Assembly (NCBI RefSeq): GCF_963676685.1
Contig: NC_092346.1
Span: 28,582,001-28,646,000 of the forward strand
Length of the DNA stretch: 64,000 bases
From: Mytilus edulis
Taxonomy: Eukaryota
Direction of reading: 5' to 3'
Shown: in pieces, positions 37,095 through 52,206 of the stretch
Layout: each line of letters starts with the position of its first letter
Numbering within the stretch: position 1 is the first letter of the stretch
The notes under the pieces: model-generated
Told to the model about the DNA's origin: nothing
The model's input: the letters and a program-made list of their open reading frames with translations, nothing else
Databases searched by the model: none
Position numbers and translations under genes: made by a program

Positions 37095-38036
37095 TGAACT
37101 AGTTATTTTCTAACAATTCTTATTTTTCTACACTCTATTTTCTTAATAAAAAGCCAAAATCATTGTTATTTAGCCTTGAGGAACCTGTTTTATTTAGAGA
37201 CTTTATTTGAGAATAAATCTAGTATTTTGTAACTACTAGTATACTCCTACTTCAAAAGTTTGTGTCTCTTCTCTTTTTGCTGGTTTTTGTGTGTGCTTCA
37301 TGCCGATCTTTAAAGGTCAAATCCCTTTTCAAACTAAGATATGTGTTGATTAACATGTTTTATTCATCAAATGTTTTCTTATTAATGTTTTAATTTTTAA
37401 TTTTCTAAACGAAAACTCAAAAAGCAAGGGTTTATATTTACTAGATAAACGTCATAAGTACCATGCAATGCATATATATTACAACTTATTATTGCAGAAA
37501 TCGTGCAATTTCGCCAAACGAAATTGTCCTGTCGACGTGCTGGTGATAGAAAAAAGGTCCTGGTTCTGTTCTCCTATGTCCTGGTTCAAAATCATTGATG
37601 CTCTACTGTTAATGGCTAGTAAGCTATTATCTGTTTTCTTTAAATCGACATTGTTGTTAAGATGATTTAAAACGCTGTTATCGGTTATCAATATTTTAAA
37701 TCCTATTTGCTGACCTGTAAATAGAACTCCTACTGTCCCATTTTAAGATATATGAAAATATGTTTACTGTGACGATTTTCGGGATAAAGACCCTTTTGCA
37801 CGATCACCAAAATATAGTGTAAAATATTCAATACCTGTATAAAAAAAGATGATGTGGTATGTTTGTCAATAGACACATTTCCAATAAGAAACCAAGGAAG
37901 TATGTGTAAACAACCATAATCTTGTACGACCTTCTATCATGACCCAAAAATCAAAATGTAAAATGTTTTGCATAAAAATGGAAGTATAAATATAGAACAA
38001 AGGATTTGAGAATTGAGAATGGAAACGGGGATGTGT

Positions 38037-38166
38037 TAGTGTTATGTCGTTGTTCTCCTCTTATATTTAATGCGTTTCCCTCGGTTTTAGTTTGTTATCC
38101 CGATTTTGTTTTCTGTCCATGGATTTATGAGTTTTGAACAGCGGTATACTACTGTTGCCTTTATTT
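38037..38166 (+). mobile_element. ~130-bp truncated interspersed-repeat insertion specific to unit 2
   Basis: Interrupts GGGGATGTGT|..GACAACAAC, which is contiguous in units 1 and 3; ends TTGAACAGCGGTATACTACTGTTGCCTTTATTT. Confidence 0.65.
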
Positions 38167-38640
38167 AGAGACAACAACATGAACATAGAGCGAGACAAAA
38201 GTAGAAGGCCACCAATGGGTTTTAAACAGAGCGAAAAAAACCGCATCCAGAGGTAAACTGGTCCGTCGTTCTATCTATAGCTTCGCATCGCAGTGTAGCG
38301 ACAAGTGAAGACAACAGGGGTCCAGTTTAATCCAGAGGCGGGCTTCAGACGGCCCTTACACAAAATGTAATCTAGTTCATTAAAAATGGATGTCACATTC
38401 AACTTCATTACCGTGATATAAATCAACTAAAATTTATATAAAAAAAAACAAAGGCAAGAGGCTCCTGACTTTTGCCAGGCGCTAAAATGAGTCGGGATTA
38501 AACATGTTCTGTAAAAATCAGGCACAAATAAAGTTGATCAACGCAAACAATTAATTAGATGAGCCTGAACACTTTTTAGATGAGTTTAGATAATAATTTC
38601 AGTGTAACCTAAGCATTCTGAATATTGTTTCTCTGACAAA

Positions 38641-39123
38641 GGAACTAGGTTCACTATTAAAGACCCCTTTTTTGCCCCAAAATATAGCAGTTTTACAAAA
38701 TTGTTAAAATGTAAACTTTTAGTTATTTATTGGATAGTAGAATGCTTCTGCTACATAAAAATGGGCGGTTTTTGACTATACAATGCACATATAGCACCAT
38801 TAAGTCATGCTAACTACTGAAATTTTCTCAATTCTGGCAATTTAGTTAAATTTTAGACGGTTTCCATGTAAAACGAAAGTGGCCGGCCACTTTCATTTTT
38901 GACAAAAACCATCTGAAAAGTGACAATTTTGGGCCTATTTGGTAGATTTATCATATATGAGCTTGAATCGGATCGTTTTTAATGACTAAATTAGTTAAAA
39001 TCTTTTACATAAATGAATTGAATCAAATGAAATAGACACTTATGTGTTTAAAAAGTGGTCAAAATCTTTCGTCAGATGACCCTGAAATTTGAGGCCAAAA
39101 TCGGTCCTTACCGGACGTACTCC
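38641..39123. mobile_element. Spy-type element, copy in unit 2
   Basis: Same AAA|...|TTT insertion as 25647-26140. Confidence 0.8.
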
Positions 39124-39786
39124 TTTGTACGAAACTGTAAATACTTTTCTTTTTATTCAACCAAATGAAACTCGGCCTTGTTTCTGTGCGTAAGAATTAT
39201 GTGTCTTCGTCAGATTACTTTGTGAACAATTTAGTGCTGACTAAAAGGATGACAATAGTAAATTGGGGTGGGGTGGAGGGGGATAAGTAATAGAAAGGTC
39301 AAAGTGAAAGTTTTAAGCTTGGAATAGTTTTGAAATCTAAAATTGATGGTAAAAAATTATTAGATGTAGATGTTCAAGAACGATTTTATTACAAAATTTT
39401 ACAATAAAAACATTTTCCAAGAGTGGAAGGGAATTTCCCGTAAGATTAAAAAGTTAAGAAAATTTAAAGCGTCTAGTCACTTGCTGTATCTTTACGATTA
39501 TTTTCAACATAAAATTTTTGTCTGAACAGTTGTCATTTTTTTTTTGAAAGTTCGTAAGAACACTCAATACATATTTCACTATTTTATGGAAGGGCAGAGA
39601 ATGGAGACGAGATAACCTAGATAACACTGACAGAAATAAAAAAATAACTTTTGCATTTTATAATTTCAAAATAAAGTGAGTTGTCAAGGATTTTTTTTTA
39701 TAAAGAATAAGGGGGGAGGGGTAAAATGATGTTCCTACTTGTCTATATTTATATATATTTCATGAATAAATATAAAATATGCCTTT

Positions 39787-41323
39787 AGAGCAATTTGGAC
39801 TTGCCGTGTTGTCATGTGACGTATTTACCACTGACGAGATTCATCAGAGCAACTTAGACTATCCATGTTGTCATGTGACATATTTACCACTGACGGGATT
39901 CATCAGAACAACTTAGACTTTCCATGTTGTCATGTGACATATTTACCACTGACGAGATTCATCAGAGCAACTTAGACTTTCCATGTTGTCATGTGACATA
40001 TTTACCACTGACGAGATTCATTAGAACAACCTAGACTTCCCGTGTTGTCATGTGACATATTAACCACTGACGAGATTCATTAGAGCAACTTAGACTTGCC
40101 GTGTTGTAATGTGAAATATTAACCACTGACGAGATTCATTAGAACAACTTAGACTTGCCGTGTTGTCATGTGACATATTTACCACTGACGAGATTCATTA
40201 GAACAACTTAGATTTTCCGTGTTGTCATGTGACATATTTACCACTGAGGAGATTCATTAGAACAACTTAGATTTTCTGTGTTGTCATATGACACATTAAC
40301 CACTGACGAGATTCATCAGAGCAACTTAGACTTCCCGTGTTGTCATGTGACATATTAACCACTGACAAGATTCATCGGAGCAACTTGATTAGACTTGCCG
40401 TGTTGTAATGTGACGTATTAACCACTGACGAGATTTATCAGAGCAACTTAGACTTCCAGTGTTGTCATGTGACATATTTACCACTGACGAGATTTATCAG
40501 AGCAACTTAGACTCCCCGTGTTGTCATGTGACATATTTACCACTGACGAGATTTATCAGAGCAACTTAGACTTCCCGTGTTGTCATGTGACATATTAACC
40601 ACTGACAAGATTCATCAGAGCAACTTAGACTTGCCTTGTTGTAATGTGACGTATTAACCACTGACGGGATTTATCAGAGCAACTTAAACTTCCCGTGTTG
40701 TCATGTGACATATTTACCACTGACGAGATTCATCAGAGCAACTTAGACTTCCCGTGTTGTCATGTGACATATTTACCACTGACGGGATTCATCAGAACAA
40801 CTTAGACTTTCCATGTTGTCATGTGACATATTTACCACTGACGAGATTCATCAGAGCAACTTAGACTTTCCGTGTTGTCTTGTGACATATTAACCACTGA
40901 CGAGATTTATTAGTGCAATTTAGACTTTTCGTGTTGTCATGTGACATATTTACCACTGACGAGATTCATCAGAGCAACTTAGACTTCCCGTGTTGTCATA
41001 TGACATATTTACCACTGACGAGATTCATTAGAGCAACTTAGACTTGCCGTGTTGTCATGTGACGTATTTACCACTGACGAGATTCATCAGAGCAATTTAG
41101 ACTTTCCATGTTGTCATGTGACATATTTACCACTGACGAGATTCATTAGAACAACTTAGACTTCCCGTGTTGTCATGTGACATATTTACCACTGACGAGA
41201 TTCATAAGAGCAACTTAGACTTGCCTCGTTGTCATGTGACGTATTTTCCACTGACGAGATTCATCAGAGCAATTTAGACGTGTCATGTTGTCATGTGACA
41301 TATTTACCACTGACGAGATTCAT
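39787..41323. repeat. 59-bp tandem array, ~26 units (unit 2)
   Basis: Same monomer and flanks as 26804-29101. Confidence 0.97.
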
Positions 41324-44277
41324 ATTACTAATAAAACATAGTAGGTGCTGCCAGCTTACATTTGGTTTTTGAAATCTCAACCATCGACCTTTTAAATCAA
41401 AAAAGAACCAGAAAGTCCAGCCAAGGACGTTTTGCCAAGGACATCATTGGTCCAGTTCAGAAAATCAGTATAGAAAAGGCCATGACTCTTTAAAATCAGT
41501 ATCATAGATAAAACTAACAACAAAAAACAACAATACAATCACGTAAAATAAACAAAAGGTTGACCAGTCTTTAATTGGCCGATGTGATGATACCGATTTT
41601 TAATATAGGCCGGAAGCTCTGGTTTCGTTTAAGGTTGGCTTTGTTTCTGTAATCCTCATTTGTATTTTCTCTATATTTCATCACATCATTTAGTTAATTT
41701 TTTCTATTATTTGTTTTTTTAGCCATCTCATGATTCTGTATTTTTGGTCCATTAGTATCTATTCCTTATATTTTCAATTTTAAATGCAGACCGAAAAAAA
41801 ACAATTTAAGTCCGTTTCAATATGTATTTAAAAATGAAGATGTGGTACGATTGCCAACGAGACAACTAGATTCATAAGAGACCAAATGACATAGAAATCA
41901 TAATTAACAACTATAGGTCATCGTATGGCTTTCAACAATGAGCTAAGCCTATTCCGCATATATGCAGATTTAAAAGGCCCCGAAATGACGAATGTAAAAC
42001 AATTCAAACGAGAAAAATAACGAACTAATTGAATTAAAATAATAAACGAAAATCGAATATGCAACACACCAAGAAACGACAAGCACTGAATTACAGGCTC
42101 CTGACTTAGGACATGTAACGAACATACAAACGTGACAGTGCTAAACATGAATGTGCATTTGAGCCAAACCCTCCCCTTAACCGGGGACAGTTGTTTACCA
42201 GTACAACTTAAGAACAAAAGAAAAATCAGTTGGAAAGGCTAACTCATCAGATGGATACAAATACTACAAATATCTATAAAAAAAAATACAAAGTTGACGT
42301 GGCCGCATATTTGAATCTCCCAACAACAAAAAGACACAAGTACAGAGCTGAGAGTACCCGCAGTTACTGAAAGCTAGCTCAAAGTCAGGCCCACTAACAA
42401 TAAATGAAAAAAAATCACGCATTCAAGACTAAATTATCAATCAGTACAGTGACATTTAACATCCAATGGATTTAGTGTAAAAAATATTATTTTAAAAAGC
42501 CTGAAAAATATGTTTATGAAACAATACCCGAGAGTAGTGCTAAAGGACACATACAGTTGTAATACCTGTTGCATATTGTGCAAAAATCAGCAACTTTCTA
42601 AAGTCTACTAAATTACAAGAACGGTAAACCAAAACTAGTATAACCGTATTGATATGTGTCCACACTTGTTATGAAATAAAATTTATTTTGCGGCGTCGAT
42701 ACCGTCATAACTCTATATGATGTAAAGAAGATGTGAAGAAACTTTGGACCATAGTATGGTGGCAATATGCGATCATTTCGCCTTTTCGTGTTTGCTCCTT
42801 TCACTTTGCAAACGCAAAATCGGGAAATCGAGAAATCGGGAAAAATGAAATCGTGAAATAGAGAAATCGGGAAATCGGGAAATCGAAAAATCGAGAAATC
42901 GAGAAAGCAAGAAAATTCACAAAAGATGTTAGAAAGGCTATTTATTTAATGGACATTTCAGTTTTAAGAATAGTCTTCTTTTTTTACTTCAACACGTGTC
43001 AATGAAGCGGGAAAAACACCATGAGATAAATGTATCAATTTTGAATTCTATCATCATATTTCACATTTTTAAAATGTAATCATGCATATGAAAACAAAAT
43101 TTCCTATTTGTAGAGCGTTGATAGAATTAAAAACTACATCTAGTATGAAGCTCTAAAAAATGTACACACTGAGATGTTATAAAGTCAACAATATGCATAA
43201 ATGAGCAACACGACGGGTGCCACACGTGGAGCAGGATCAGTTTTCTGACAAACACACTTGAACAACTAATTGACAAACACTTGAAACACTTTATTAACTA
43301 CTCTTTGGTCAGTTGTTGTCTTTTGACACATTCCATTCCAGTTTATTTCCAATGAATACAACCAACGGCACAAGTTAGACAAACACTTAAACACTTTACA
43401 ATTATTGGGCGTTATCACGCGAAAAAGGTAGAAGCATGTAGCAATGAGTCCAAGAAAATTATGCGGCTACGCTAGCTGTTACCATACTTAAACGTCATAA
43501 ATATCCCCAATGCCAACGTTATTGTCGAAGTTTCGGCAATACACTACAGCAAGGAAGTTTTTAAAGTCTAGAAATTCCTTCTATTCAGCTTTTTGAAGAT
43601 AAGAAAATCGAAAGACAAGTCTGGTGAGTAATGTTATTTCACTTTTTCAAGGAATGTACTTTATTTTTTTAGAAAAAAACAAGCATAAAACAAAAAACCC
43701 GCATTTAAGAAATCGTGGTATGAGCTCCTATCAAGTCACGACAATTTATTTTATCGCTAATACTTATCGAACATATTAAAACGTCTAAGGTTTAAATAAA
43801 TGAAGAATTAGTGTTTCCTCAACAAAACCAATGTATAATTTTGTTACTGTTGGTCATTTTTCGCAGGTCATATGCATACTACTTATGGTCAGACTTCTTG
43901 AAAATGCTTATTTAGCCAAGTGTATTTAAAACTATAAAGCCTAACTACAGGAAAAAAGTTGGAAATACAAAGTGACTTAAAAACAAACACTGAACAGAAA
44001 ACAAATGACTAACAGAAGCGACCACTGTGGTAAATGCAATTTAATTTCTATAATGATTGAATGAGCGATGATTGTAACATACCAGAAAAAAATCCTCTTC
44101 AATGTATATAAATATAGAAACAACTAAAAATATATTCATTGAAACCATATTTGATTGCATTATTCAGCAGATTTCGAAATTAAAAAAACTGGAGGGGTAG
44201 GGAAAGGGGGTTGTGATACAAAAGATTTCACGATACGTTTTTAACTAATAATTGGTTCAACAATTAATAGGTTGACA

Positions 44278-47200
44278 ATGGCAATGTCCACCCAGCAAGA
44301 GGAGAGGGATCATTTTACCGTGTCCGGATTTTGTGAGGCCATTCTGAGTACAGCAGAATTCGAGTGTTCGCTTGAGGACATACTACACAAAAAGGCGTCT
44401 GAGGCAAAGAGGCTAATTTGGAAAATGGAATTAAGTATGTATTACCAATATCATATTCAAATCTTATTTAGATAAACAGGTCAATTATTCAATAAATATA
44501 GTCCGTTTTATTCTGTCACTGTATTTCGCCCTACACTCTGTTCTCAGTTTTGCTTCCTGTAATAATTCATATGATAGTTTTCTCTTTAAATTCAAATTCT
44601 AGTTGTGTGAGGCACAACCCAAATGGGACAATTGCACAATACCAAAAAAATAACCTTCAGACATCTAAGGGTCAACATATGGCCTCCAATGTAAAACAAG
44701 AATATGTCAATAAGACAAAATTTGCGAATTTCTATTCGGTCATCAAACAAGAGCGTAAAATTTGAACGGTTAACTGATTCTGTTGTTACAAATTTAATAT
44801 ATTGAGAATAATTTCATGCAACATCTTCCTTAAAATTTGAGCAGACCTTCCTTTTTTTTTAAATCTAATTGTTTAATTCAACAGAGAGAGAAAATAAGGA
44901 AGAGCAGAAATCAGAAAAAGACGAGGATAAAACAGGAATTATGAATGAGGAAGAAAAGAAACCAGAAATGGATGTTGATATATCAACAGAGCAGAGACGG
45001 GGTAATTTTTTTTGATATTTTACGCAATTATCACTACTATATTTGCTGGTTGTGCACAAAAATAAGAAGACGTGGTATGATTGCAAATTAGACAACTCCC
45101 CATAAGAGACCAAATGACATAAATATCAACAACTATATGTTACCGTATGCATGGCCTTTGATAATGAGTAACACTCATACTGCTTATTAAGAAAATATTA
45201 TATGAAAGTTTTTTAATGTTCTTCACTGAGAATGACAAATCTAAATGAAAATAAGGAGACAAGTAATAAGGTATTATATATATCATCTCAGATGAAAATT
45301 TATATTTCTAATTCTTAAGTTAGTTGGTGGCAATGATGGTACTCACAAATCTAAAGGCTGGAGGAAAAGCAAGTAATAGATTTGTCTCTTTTCTTTCTTT
45401 CTAGAAATGATAATAACAAAGCCGATCCATGTGCAGAGAATTGGAGAGAATCCATTGAAGAATGCAGTCGGACATATAAACAAGGTACAATAGAGAATTA
45501 AGGGGATATTGTAATGGGGTAGATAGATGTTAGTGGTAATAAGAATCCAATATTAAACTTTAAGTTGAACAGTGATTCCATTGCTGTTCTTCATATTAAC
45601 GATGAAATCTGTTCTCCTTTTAAAAATTCCTTTAATGTAACGTTGCAACACATTTTCTAAACGGTAAAAGCTAAAGTTGTTCCATTTTATTTTAGCCGAA
45701 GGATGTGCTTTCTTCGTGCTCATGTGCCTGATAGTCAGTTGGGTTTCGGTAGTTGTAATGAAAATCAAGAGTATTTTTCAATGGTACATTTGAACTTAAT
45801 GTATGCCGTAAATCTTATTTGTTTCAAATTTAAACAACTTTTTGACATTTCGATAATAATCTTTTCGTTTTTTAAACGTATCTTGGGCAAAAGTATTCGT
45901 CACCTGCATTTTTATTGCTATTATTTCATACAAAAACACATATTTTCAAAAAAATATTTTGAGGTCATTGTTGGTTGAATTTTTATCAATAAGGCCTTTA
46001 AAGACGTAGAATTGTCTAAAGTTTGTTTGTTTATTTGGTTTAAGTTTTGTCTTCAGGTGTTTTTGTTTTCTCTTGATGTGAACACATACAATACATTTTT
46101 ATAATTCAATTTTGTTGAATACATAGCGAATTTCTGAACTGGAAGGATCAATAAATGACAAAGAAACGAAAAAGGACGAAAGGAAAATGAAAAAAGAACT
46201 TATGAAAGAGGAAAAAATAAAACAGAAAAAAGCTAAAGAAGAGGAAATGATTGTTAAAACACAGTTCAAAGCAATCGAAAAGAGTAACCAAAGACACAAT
46301 AAGGATGTGAAGTCAAAATGGAAGAAGGAACAAAAGAGGAGAAAGCAGATGAAAAAGATGGTTGAAAAAGGAAATAGGAATTTAGAAAAAGGTATTTATT
46401 TCATAAATATGTCTTCTTTCTTCAGTCTTCTTCTGACTTAACGAGTTTTGATGGTTATAGTTGCCGTAGGCGTAAGTCTTTTCTAACTTCAACCAACCAT
46501 TTCCAATGATGTATTAAAATCAATAAAAGAAATATACAAATTTCTAATTCAATTATGATCATATTTCACATTTTTATGATATAATGTATAAAAATTAATT
46601 GTCTAATTCAGAGTTCCATGTACATACACGATTCATGAAAAGTTTGTCTTATAGTTTTTAGTATAACTTAATATTTTAAATTTAAAGAGAAATAAATATA
46701 CTAAATGCGGGTGATAGGTAAATTTAGAATCAACTCTTCAAAAAATAAACCCAGAGTGCACCGGGAGTTTAAAATCTTTTATGAAAACATTATGAAATTT
46801 CTACATCCGTGTTTATCTTTACAGAAATGAAGAAGATCGAGAAAAAGAGAGTAAAGGACGAAAAGAAGAAAGTATTCCAAGCTATTGATGTTGCTCAAGA
46901 AAAGCAAAATGATTTAACAACAGTAAGAACAGATGAAGAAACAGAGAAAAATGAAGACGATAAAAATAAAACTATCGATATTGATGGGGAACAACAAAAT
47001 GGTTCCAAAATAGTCAAAGCAAATGAAGAGACAGAGAATGACGAAGACGAGAGGAAGACAACAGATCAAACAATCGATGTTGAGAAAAACAAAACAGAGA
47101 AAGAGACAGAGATAACCGAAGACGAGAGGGAGACAACAGATCAAACAATCGATGTTGAGAAAAACAAAACAGAGAAAGAGACAGAGATAACCGAAGACGA

Positions 47201-48059
47201 GAGGAAGACAACAGATCAAACAATCGACGTTGAGAAAAACAAAACAGAGAAAGAGACAGAGATAACCGAAGACGAGAGGAAGACAACAGATCAAACAATC
47301 GATGTTGAGAAAAACAAAACAGAGAAAGAGACAGAGATAACCGAAGACGAGAGGAAGACAACAGATCAAACAATCGATGTTGAGAAAAACAAAACAGAGA
47401 AAGAGACAGAGATAACCGAAGACGAGAGGAAGACAACAGATCAAACAATCGATGTTGAGAAAAACAAAACAGAGAAAGAGACAGAGATAACCGAAGACGA
47501 GAGGGAGACAACAGATCAAACAATCGATGTTGAGAAAAACAAAACAGAGAAAGAGACAGAGATAACCGAAGACGAGAGGAAGACAACAGATCAAACAATC
47601 GATGTTGAGAAAAACAAAACAGAGAAAGAGACAGAGATAACCGAAGACGAGAGGGAGACAACAGATCAAACAATCGATGTTGAGAAAAACAAAACAGAGA
47701 AAGAGACAGAGATAACCGAAGACGAGAGGGAGACAACAGATCAAACAATCGATGTTGAGAAAAACAAAACAGAGAAAGAGACAGAGATAACCGAAGACGA
47801 GAGGGAGACAACAGATCAAACAATCGATGTTGAGAAAAACAAAACAGAGAAAGAGACAGAGATAACCGAAGGCCAGACAATCACCTGTGATAGTATTGGA
47901 AATAATGAAGTGAAAGAAAATTCCGAAAATGATGCAAAAGACATTAAAATGAGTACCAAAAATGCCGGAAAGAAAACCACATTTGCTGCCAGAATCAGTG
48001 GATTCTTCCGATCCTTATTGTGTATCAAAAGACAGAAGAAAAGCAAAGATGTGTGTTGA
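44278..48059 (+). CDS. Orphan acidic-repeat/coiled-coil protein, copy 3 (~617 aa). Exons 44278-44434, 44885-45001, 45405-45484, 46127-46391, 46825-48059; 11 repeats
   Basis: Same phases, ORF intact. The 80-nt exon differs from copy 2 mostly at synonymous sites (ATT/ATA, CAC/CAT, AAC/AAT, GCC/GCA, AAT/AAC). Confidence 0.8.
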
Positions 48060-50185
48060 TGAACTAGTTATTTTCTAACAATTCTTATTTTTCTACACTC
48101 TATTTTCTTAATAAAAAGCCAAAATCATTGTTATTTAGCCTTGAGGAACCTGTTTTATTTAGAGACTTTATTTGAGAATTAATCTAGTATTTTGTAACTA
48201 CTAGTATACTCCTACTTCAAAAGTTTGTGTCTCTTCTCTTTTTGCTGGTTTTTGTGTGTGCTTCATGCCGATCTTTAAAGGTCAAATCCCTTTTCAAACT
48301 AAGATATGTGTTGATTAACATGTTTTATTCATCAAATTTTATCTTATTAATGTTTTAATTTTTAATTTTCTAAACGAGAAGCCAAAAATCAAGGGTTTAT
48401 TTACTAGATATTTGTCTATGGACTAGCTTTTAGTAACAACTACACGGTGGGTAAGGTTGTCCTGCGAGAGAACGTTCTGTGCTGGTGATTCGGTCCTGAC
48501 GGGTGCTGGTGGTCCTGATTCTGTGCTGGTGGGTTTGTTGCTTATTTTTTCTCTGATACGTCATAAGTACCATGCAATGAATATTACAACTTATTATTGC
48601 AAAAGTCGTGCAAGTTCGCCAAACGAAATTGTCCTGTCGACGATTAGAAAAAGGTCCTGGTTCTGTTCTCCTATGTCCTGGTTCTGTGCCTTTACATCTA
48701 AGCTAAAAGTGGCAAATATTCAAAATCATTGATGCTCTACTGTTAATGACTAGTTAGCTGTTATCTATTTTCTTAAAATTGCCATTGTTGTGAATCTGTT
48801 TACTATTATGAAAAAAATAACCCATATTTTTTTAATTTACTGTTTTCTGTTTTCTCATTTAAGATGATTTAAAATGCTGTTATCCGTTATCAATATTTTA
48901 AATTAACTGTAACCTTATTTGCTGACCTGTTAATAGAACCCCTCTTGCCACATTTTAAGATAAGAAAATATGTTTACGATTTTCTGGATTACGATCCTTT
49001 TGCACGATCATCAAAATATGGTGTAAAATATTCAATATCTATATAAAAAAGATGATGTGGTATGTTTGTCAATAGACAAATTTCCAATAAGAAACCAAAA
49101 GGAAGTATGTGTAAACAACCATAATGTTGTACGACCTTCAACAATGACCCAAAATTCAAAATGTAAAAGGTTTTGCATAAACATGGGTAGCATAAATATA
49201 GAACAAAGAATTTTTTTCTAATAAAATTGAGAATGGAAACGGGGATGTGTCAGGGACAACAACATGGCCATAGAGGTGACAAAAGTCGAATACCGTCAAA
49301 GGGTTTTCAACACAGCGAAAAAAATTTCGCACCCAGATGCGGGCTTCAGTCGGCCCTTACACAAAATGTAATCTAGTTCATTAGAAATGGATGTTACATT
49401 CATCTTCATAACATATAAATGAACTAAAATTAAAAAAAAAAAACAAAGGCAAGAGGCTTCTGACTTTTGCCAGGGGCTAAAATGAGTCGGGATTAAACAT
49501 GTAAAAATCAGGCACAAATAAAGTTGATCAAGGCAAACAATCAGGTGAGCCTGGGCACTTTTTAGATGAGTTTAGATAATAATTTCAGTGTAACCTAAGC
49601 ATCCTGAATATCGTTTCTCTGACAAATTTGTACGAAACTGTAGATACTTTTCTTTTTATTCACAACCAAATGAAACTCGGCCTTGTTTCTGTGCGTAAGA
49701 ATCATGTGTCTTCAGCAGCTTAAATCAGAATACTTTGTGAACAATTTAGTGCTGACTAAAAGAATGACAATAGTAAATTGCGAGGGGGGGGGGGGGGGGG
49801 GGGTGGAGGAAAAAGAAGGTCACAGTGAAAGTTTTAAGCTTGGAATAGTTTTAAAATTCTAAAATTGATGATAAAAAATAATTTGATGCAGATGTTCAAG
49901 AACGATTTTATTACAAAATTTTACAATAAAAACGTTTTCCGTGAGTGGAAGGGAATTTCCCGTAAAATTTCCCGTAAGATTAAAAAGTTACACTTTAAAA
50001 GAAAATTTAAAGCTACTAGTATCAAGTATCACTTGCTGTATCTTTACGATTATTTTCAACATAAAATTTTTGTCTGAACGGTTGTCATTTTTTTTCTCTC
50101 GAAAGTTCTAAAGAACACTCAAAACATATTTCACTATTTTATGGAACGAGAGAGAATGGAGACGATATAACCTAGATAACACTAA

Positions 50186-52206
50186 TGCCCGCGTCACACT
50201 GTCCCGATTTTTATATACGATGGACACCCGAATGCGAAAATTGTAAGTTCGTACGAAGTTGGTCCCGATCTCGTTAAAATACCAAAAAGTGACCGAAGCA
50301 AGTACGATGAATAACGAAGTCTATACGATGGTGCCGAAATTATATACGATAGCAAAAGATTGACATACGAAGGTTAACCGAAGACGGGTATTTAAGCTTC
50401 ATATCTCAGCCGAAGGCTACATGATGGATTACGAAGGCTACACGATAGATTACGATGATGGCGCGATGGCCATACGATGTCTAAAAGACGTCGTGTACAG
50501 CTTACGATGCATTTAAATTATTGGCGGGAAATCGGTCTTTTTGTCTAATTCTTATAAAACTTAGTTTATTATCCCCTCGCCTACTACATGTAAGTTGCGT
50601 GTAGATAAAATTGTTATGGACACTCTAGAACCAAAATGCTCAAAACTTGGTATGGTGTTACTCGTTAAGAATATCTTAAGCGCTATTGACTTTAAAGTTC
50701 AAAGGTTAAGGTCACAGTGGCAGTTGTAATACAAGGTAATATCACCCTTGTGGACACTCTAAAACCAATATGCTTCAAAAGATTTTTACCACATTTGGTA
50801 TATTGTTCCTCCTTGTAATGATCTGACATTTTTTACGTTCAAGGCCAAAGGTCAAGGTCATGCAGATGGACTTGTTTTTTCTCCTTGTAATAGCATAATA
50901 CACAGGAAATTGGTTGCTTATTCTTTACCTGCTGGTTCTAAAGACAATATTAAAGGTATTTCCAGTTACTGATTGTTTTGGTTGATTTCTAAAAAAAATA
51001 GTTTATGTATCAAATATGCATATTCAATTTACTATTTTCTGCATGTGTCATATACAAATACAGTGTCCATACTTGTCCCCGATATGTTACATACGAGGGG
51101 GTGCCACGCTCGGCATTGCCTTGTTTGAACTGTAAAATATGTGCACTAGTCTGAATAATCACCCATACTTATGCCCATGTTTACTGATCTATCTTTAAGG
51201 TAAGGTAATGGGTTCGTTGATCCCTTTTATTCAAAAAGAGCTCTTTCCAGGAGAATATCATAATAATATAGACAAAAGGAAAGATGTGAGGAAAGCAACA
51301 AATGCGGCAAAATATGACATATAGAAAACAAAATGTTTATGAAGTAAACATTCGTGGGACAACAACTCAGACGATACATAAAAAATCAGAATAATGAAGA
51401 AAAAGTTTGTTTCCCTATATACGCGTGCCTGCAGTGTTGGTGTACGAGGCGCGTTTATGATTTTCATTATGTTACCTGATATGAAAAATTGACAAAAAAT
51501 AATATTTTACTTGTAAAAGTAAATCCTGAGCCTGTAATAGCTGCTCTTTTTGTTCCATTTGAATTAATAGAAACAACGCTGTCGCCTTTCTTGTTCTCAT
51601 AGAATCATTTGATATAAGCTCCGTGTTTTGTGAACGTCTTTCTTAACTGTCGTATTAGACTGACCAGTGCATTTCGCGCATGGCACTTTAAATTTATTTT
51701 AGCGCGAAAATTAACTTACATTTAGCTGGATGTATTGCCGTCGTAGTTCCATCTTGTCGCCTTCGTACTTTTATTCGATGGCAACACGACGGGATTACGA
51801 GGTCTTCACGAAGTCGTGTTGCCATCGTAAGACCTTCGGGTAACTTCGTGATTCATTCGTGTAGACATCGTAATGTCAAAACTGCCCGATAGAAACGATG
51901 GAAACACGAATGCAATACGATGTTCAAAGATGCATTCCCGGTGACATTACGATGGTGAGGATGGTGATACGAACTCAATACGAACCCTCACCATCGGACG
52001 CACCTTCGGGGATTTTTTAACATGTTAAAAAATTTAGAACCCTTCCCGAAGTTGTCCCCGAAGGCTAGAAAAAGTGGCCGATGGTTCTACGATGGTTAAA
52101 GATGGCACTACGAATAGCCCGATCTGGATACGATCAGTCCCGATTTTGAACATTTCCATAATCGTGTTGCCATCGGCGTAAAAATCGGGACAGTGTGACA
52201 CGGGCA
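50186..52206. mobile_element. PIF/Harbinger-type non-autonomous transposon (2.0 kb), specific to unit 3
   Basis: TAA|TGCCCGCGTCACACTGTCCCGATTTTT ... AAAAATCGGGACAGTGTGACACGGGCA|TAA: 27-bp TIR (1 mismatch) and 3-bp TWA TSD. Empty site ACACTGACAGAAAT in units 1 and 2. Many sub-terminal TACGATG/CATCG motifs. Confidence 0.88.
50565..51126 (+). mobile_element. HINE-like element nested in the Harbinger element
   Basis: TTTATTATCCCCTCG ... CGAGGGGGTGCCACGCTCGGCATTGCCTTGTT, with two internal GGACACTCTA...AAAGGT.AAGGTCA units. Confidence 0.5.

Larger units (their letters stand above)
31036..43241 (+). repeat. Tandem segmental duplication, unit 2 (~12.2 kb)
   Basis: Bounded on both sides by the identical junction GGAGCAGGATCAGTTTTCTGACAAACAC. 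Confidence 0.95.
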
